Both the position numbers and the translations under genes were made by a program. Below are positions 59,495 through 64,000 of a DNA stretch of 64,000 bases, in pieces (within the stretch, counting starts at the first letter, position 1; each line of letters opens with the position of its first letter). The notes below the pieces were generated by a model that saw nothing but the letters and a program-made list of their open reading frames with translations, was not told the DNA's origin and searched no databases. The stretch covers positions 1-64,000 of the forward strand of contig CDMY01000748.1 in the NCBI GenBank assembly GCA_001179505.1, read 5' to 3'. The DNA is from Vitrella brassicaformis CCMP3155. Its lineage: Eukaryota; Protista; Chromerida.

Positions 59495-61794
59495 ATGACT
59501 GGTGAGCGTGGACAACTTTGAATCTTCGCGGGCCCTCTTCCACTTCATCTGTGTGTGTGTTTGTGTGTGTGTGTGTGTCTGCAGGCGAGGCGGAGGCGGT
59601 TGGCCCGCCAGCCGCCGAATACGATGAGTACGGCTTCGTCGTTCCGGCTGGCGCCCTGGGCCGTGAGATCGTCCGCTACAAGCAGCAGTTCCAGCCAAAA
59701 GCAGAGAGGAGGGTCACACGGTGAGCAGTGACAGTCACACCAGGCCATGGCACGCTGAGGCAGTGGAAGGTTCGTGTGCTTCTCGTCAGGTGGGAGAGGT
59801 TCCGTCGTGCAGATCCCTCTCTTTCGAACCGCCGGCGGCTCAAGCGGCTGGTGCGCAAGGGCATACCAGACTCGTTCAGGTCGGCAGACCGACTGCACTT
59901 GCACTTGCCGACCCCGACGGGCACTTGTCTTGTCTTGTCTGCTCTGCTGTGCCGTGTGGTGTGTGCGCAGGAAGGAGATTTGGGCTCACTGTCTGGGCAG
60001 TCAGCGGCTCAGGGATGCCAACCCAAACAAATTCGAAAGGCGAGCCGACAGACAACAGACAGACAAGGAAGAGGGGCACAGGACAGGTCGACTGTTCTGA
60101 CGTTTTTCGTCCCCGTCGTTTTGTCAGTTTGCTTCGCGAGCCGCTGTCTGACGAGACGCTGAGCCAGATCGAGCTCGACCTCACACGCACATTCCCTAAC
60201 AACAAACTGGTGAGTGGGGGAGGGGGGAGGGGAGGAGGGGAAGCACCGGCAGACATGGGTCTTTGTGTGTGCGTCAGTATAAGTACGAGGATGGTGTGGC
60301 GAAGCTGCGCCGGGTACTGCGGGCGTTCGCCGTCCACAACGTGCGGGTCAACTACTGCCAGTCGCTCAACTTCATCGCCGCGGTGCTGCTGCTCTTCATG
60401 GACGAGGAGCTCGCCTTCTGGACACTGGTACGTCCATCGGCGGTGTGATGCTCTCACCAACACCAGCACGTGTGCATTGCCTTTGCGTGTGTGCAGGCGC
60501 AGGTGGTGTCCAGTGAGGAGGGTGCGAAGGGTCTGCACATCGATGGCTACTACGTCGAGGGCATGGACCAACTCAGAGCAGACCTACGTGTAAGCACCCG
60601 ACTCACGCACCGCCAGCAGACACAAAGCACGGCCAAGTGTGGACTCATCGGTGTGTTAGGCGTTGGAGCGTATCGTCCAGCGCAAGTTCCCCAATGCGTA
60701 TGCGTCGCTGCGGCGGGAGGGTGTCGAGCTGGAGTGGGTCTGCCAAGAGTGGTTCCACACCCTCTTCTCGACTGTGCTGCCGGTAGACAGACATGTCACA
60801 CGCACCTTCATGAATGCCTCCGTGCCAGAAGCACCTTGTCTGGCTCGTTCGTTGCAGATCCAGACGACCCTCCGTGTGTGGGACTGCCTCTTCCTGGAAG
60901 GCCACAAGATCCTTTTCAGGTCCGCAGACAGACGGACAGACAGACAGACAGAGGGCCATGTGTGCGACAGCCGTCCGTTACCCACCGTCTTGTGTGTCGA
61001 TGTCATGCGTCAGGGTGGCGTTAGCGATCTTCAAGGAGAACGAGCTGCGGATCAGCAAGTTCCAGAGCCTCGAGGAAGTCATGGTCAGCATGCGAGAAAT
61101 CAGCAGCCACCAGGTCACACAAACAGACAGACCGACCGACCGACCGACAGACAGACAGCGAAAGCTTTGCAGACAGCGGCCAACCACCTTTACCTGCAGG
61201 TTGACCACAACTCGCTTCTCAAGGCAGCATTCAAGGGCATCGGAAGGCTCAAACGGTGAGTCACACACCATTGTTTCGCTGACTGAACGATACACTCTCT
61301 CCTATTTCCGGTCCGTCAGGGCTCAGATCCGTCGCGAGCAAGCCTACGGCGAGAGGATGGTCGCCGAGGAGAATGCCGCCGCCCAGGCGAGGCGCGAGAG
61401 GCACAACCAGGCCCACCCTCCACCCCCAGCGAAGCCGCAGCTACCGGCCCTTGACAATCCTGGGCATGGTGAAGCTGGAGGGAGCGGCGAGGAGAGCCCC
61501 GTGGGGGCGGCGGTGAGGGAGGCGGCACGGCGGCTCGAGAGTGTGATCGATAGCTGCTACGACTCCATCCTCGGCGATGGAGATGACGACGTGGACGTGT
61601 CGCCTGTGGATGGGGAGCCGCCGGCCGCCAGGCTCCCTGGCAGCATACCCGCACTTTCTCCAGACAGTGTCTTTTCTTATCTGGGAGTGTCGGTGTCGTC
61701 GATGCTGCAGCCGAGCAATTCGAGCGATGCGACGCGGTCGTCGGTCAATGTGCATCGGGGGGACAACGCACTGGCGACTTCGCCAGCCAAGTGA
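59495..61794 (+). CDS. TBC-domain Rab GTPase-activating protein
   Basis: DEYGF; [18 protein letters not shown]; [10 protein letters not shown] (R finger); YCQSLNFIA (Q finger); EWFHTLF; [23 protein letters not shown]. Confidence 0.93.
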
Positions 61795-62333
61795 TCGATC
61801 CAAGAGAGATGCTGGTGGGGCGGAGGGGGGGGAGATGGGGGGTTTTTGGTTGGTATTTGTGTAAGGCAGGCAGGTTACTTGGGGCCGGCTGGCTGCAGTA
61901 GTACGTGGGGTTGGCATTTGTTAAGTTGTGAGTGTGACGGACGGACGGACGGGTGTGCATCTGTCGTCAGTGAGACATCTGTCGACCTTCTCGGACACAA
62001 ACCAAGCTGGCTTGAGCTTGGATGAAATTATGCGATCAAGGTATGGGAACAGACGAACTTGTGCACTCACACACACGCCACTCATGCCCACCCACATCAT
62101 GGATGCATTTTTGGTACCTGTCGCGGTCTCCCTGCCCACTGCTCCAGTCTGCCTGCCAGGAATCGGCAGCCCACATCATCCCATACACACGCTGCTACCT
62201 TCATCCCTTCAAACCTCTCTACACACTGACTGGACAAATATCCGTCGGTTGGCACCAACAGACCACAGGCAGGCATATTCCAGTTGACATGAATAAAGAG
62301 AGAGAGAAAGAGAGACACGTGCCCTTTGCTTTT

Positions 62334-64000
62334 TCAGTGGCGCCTGTCGTCCGCCGACACCATGGGCGACAAGGGCGGCGAGCTGGGCGTGTGCACCTGC
62401 TCCTCTTCCCTCAGCTCACACGCTGCCGGGGAATCGTCATCCCCATCCTGCTGCTCCTGCTGGTGCTGGTGGTGGTGCTGCTGCTGTTGGCCAGAATGGG
62501 TGCTGCTGCTATTCCGGCCTGTCTTACTTGATGACTGGCTGGAAGGGGGGAGGCGGTCCTCAGATGATGCCGACTGCGGTGGTGAGGTGTGCTGGTTGGA
62601 CAGAGGGGTGATATCGTGTGGGGAGGAGTCGAGGAGGAAGGGGTGCTGCAGCGCCTCGGCTGCCGTCATCCTGTAGATGTTGTCCTTGACCAAAAGGCGC
62701 CGGACCAAGTCGGCAGCCAGTGGAGACACCTGCTGCACAGACAAAACAAAACAAAACAAAACAAAACAAGACTTAGAATGGCCGCTGAGACGCGGGTTTA
62801 TCTCACTCTTGTGGTGTAGGGCGGCTCCTCTGTCATGATTTTCTGCAGGACTGTCGTCTCATCGCCTCCATCGAAAGGCATGGTCCCATAAAGGATGCTG
62901 TAGGCGATCACACCAGCCTGACGTAATGACACACAAACGCTGCGACCTCTCTCTTTCTGTGTCTCTCTCTCTCTCTCTCTCACTCTCCCCCCAAGGCATG
63001 AAATGAGTGCCTCACCGCCCAGACGTCGGCCGATGGGTCGATCTTTCGATAGACAGACTCTGGGGCGAAGTAGTGCAGCGACCCGCGGGCCTTGGCCTTC
63101 TTGTCATGCGAGTCAGCACCTGATGGCACCTCATCGACGTGTGTGGCAAAACCTGCATGGCCACACATACAGTGTTGAATGGTAGTAAGACATGGTAGAG
63201 AGGCAGCTCACGGACCAAAATCGATGATGCGCAGCAAAGAATCTTCAAAAACGTCATTGTCGAGCTTCAGTTTGCGACTGAACATCACGTTCTCCATCTT
63301 CAAATCCCTGTGGATCCACCCAAGGCCATGGAGATAAGCCAGCCCCTCCAGCACTTGTCTGATAAGCTTCCTGGCAATACTCTCGGGCACCGCGCCATTG
63401 TCATATCGCAGCGAGTACTCTAATAGGTCCCCGCCGGTGCACAAGTCGATGACGAGCACGTACATCGGGTCTCCCGTGTAGAAGTCGTGGCGTTGAATGA
63501 TGTTCTTGTGCTGGTATTTCTTGAGGCATTCGGCCTCATTCAATGCCGACCAGCTCTCGCCCTCATCGGTGTCCGGGGGCTGCTCTCGCGCCGTCTGGTC
63601 CTTCCTCTGCCGCCTGAACTTCTTCTGCCGATAAGTCGCGTCCGTCTGGTTGGTCCTCCTCGTGATCTTCGCCGCCCTCTTCTCGCCTGACTGCTTATGC
63701 TGCACCATGATCACCTTGCCGTATGCACCTGCAGAACGAGAAAGACACAATAGGCATCAACAGTGTCTGATCCATCGCCCGTTGCACCACACAGTGTCAC
63801 TCCGGCTGACCTTCGCCGAGCTCCTGTCCGATCTCATAGTCTTGCAGGAAGGCCGGGGGGAAGACTTCGAGCCCCGCCTTCGAGCCCTTACCGCCCATCG
63901 CTGAGAGAAAATCCTCCGAGACGGGGGGCGGGGGGGGGGGCGTTTTGCGAGCTCAGTCTCGAACAACGTCGCATTACCACTGCGCACCTCTCCGTGTTGA
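62334..64000 (-). CDS. CAMK/CDPK-like Ser/Thr protein kinase, 5' end at or beyond the window end
   Basis: GAYGKV, RAAK, NEAECL, DLCTGGDL, IHRDLKMENVM, IIDFG, GSLHYFAPE, ADVW, LLVKD..RMTAAEALQHPF; no EF-hands seen in the Ser/Gln tail. Confidence 0.88.

Noticed and set aside
1-64000. Many ORFs with CVCVCV, HTHTHT or DRQTDR runs; possible tRNA, rRNA or CRISPR arrays
   Set aside because: The runs are translations of intronic/intergenic (GT)n, (CA)n and (GACA)n microsatellites; no cloverleaf, rRNA signature or repeat-spacer array was seen.

Overview
GC-rich, intron-dense eukaryotic genomic DNA with short GT-AG introns full of (GT)n/(CA)n/(GACA)n microsatellites. Intron style and gene families suggest a chromerid alveolate such as Vitrella brassicaformis (inference, not confirmed). 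About 20 spliced genes or pseudogenes were reconstructed by hand. They include an IRAK/Pelle-like kinase fused to an FHA domain, a secreted GH16 hydrolase, a BTB-FKBP-like protein possibly spliced to a TM plus oocyst-wall-type Cys-rich module, DDX10/DBP4, COPS4, a two-RRM Musashi/hnRNP-like protein, a WD40 protein, an ankyrin-TRP channel with two frameshifts, a U2AF65-like RS/RRM protein, a TBC Rab-GAP and a partial CAMK-like kinase. Structural highlights: (1) a ~2.6-2.9 kb inverted duplication (19062-21659 / 29431-32384) whose arms each carry a secreted precursor built from acidic spacer + RRL + Lys/Trp/Tyr/Gly-rich peptide modules, the best candidate for an undescribed system; (2) a Crinkler-like NTPase+nuclease pseudogene next to one breakpoint; (3) a P-X-P'-X-P tandem array that copies the TBC gene promoter/first exon, with a precise intron presence/absence difference between the two X copies; (4) a recurrent AGCTCGCA / AGCTAAGCTCGC motif in divergent promoter spacers. 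There are three 300-N assembly gaps. No rRNA, tRNA or CRISPR array was recognised. Gene ends are hand-spliced and approximate where stated.
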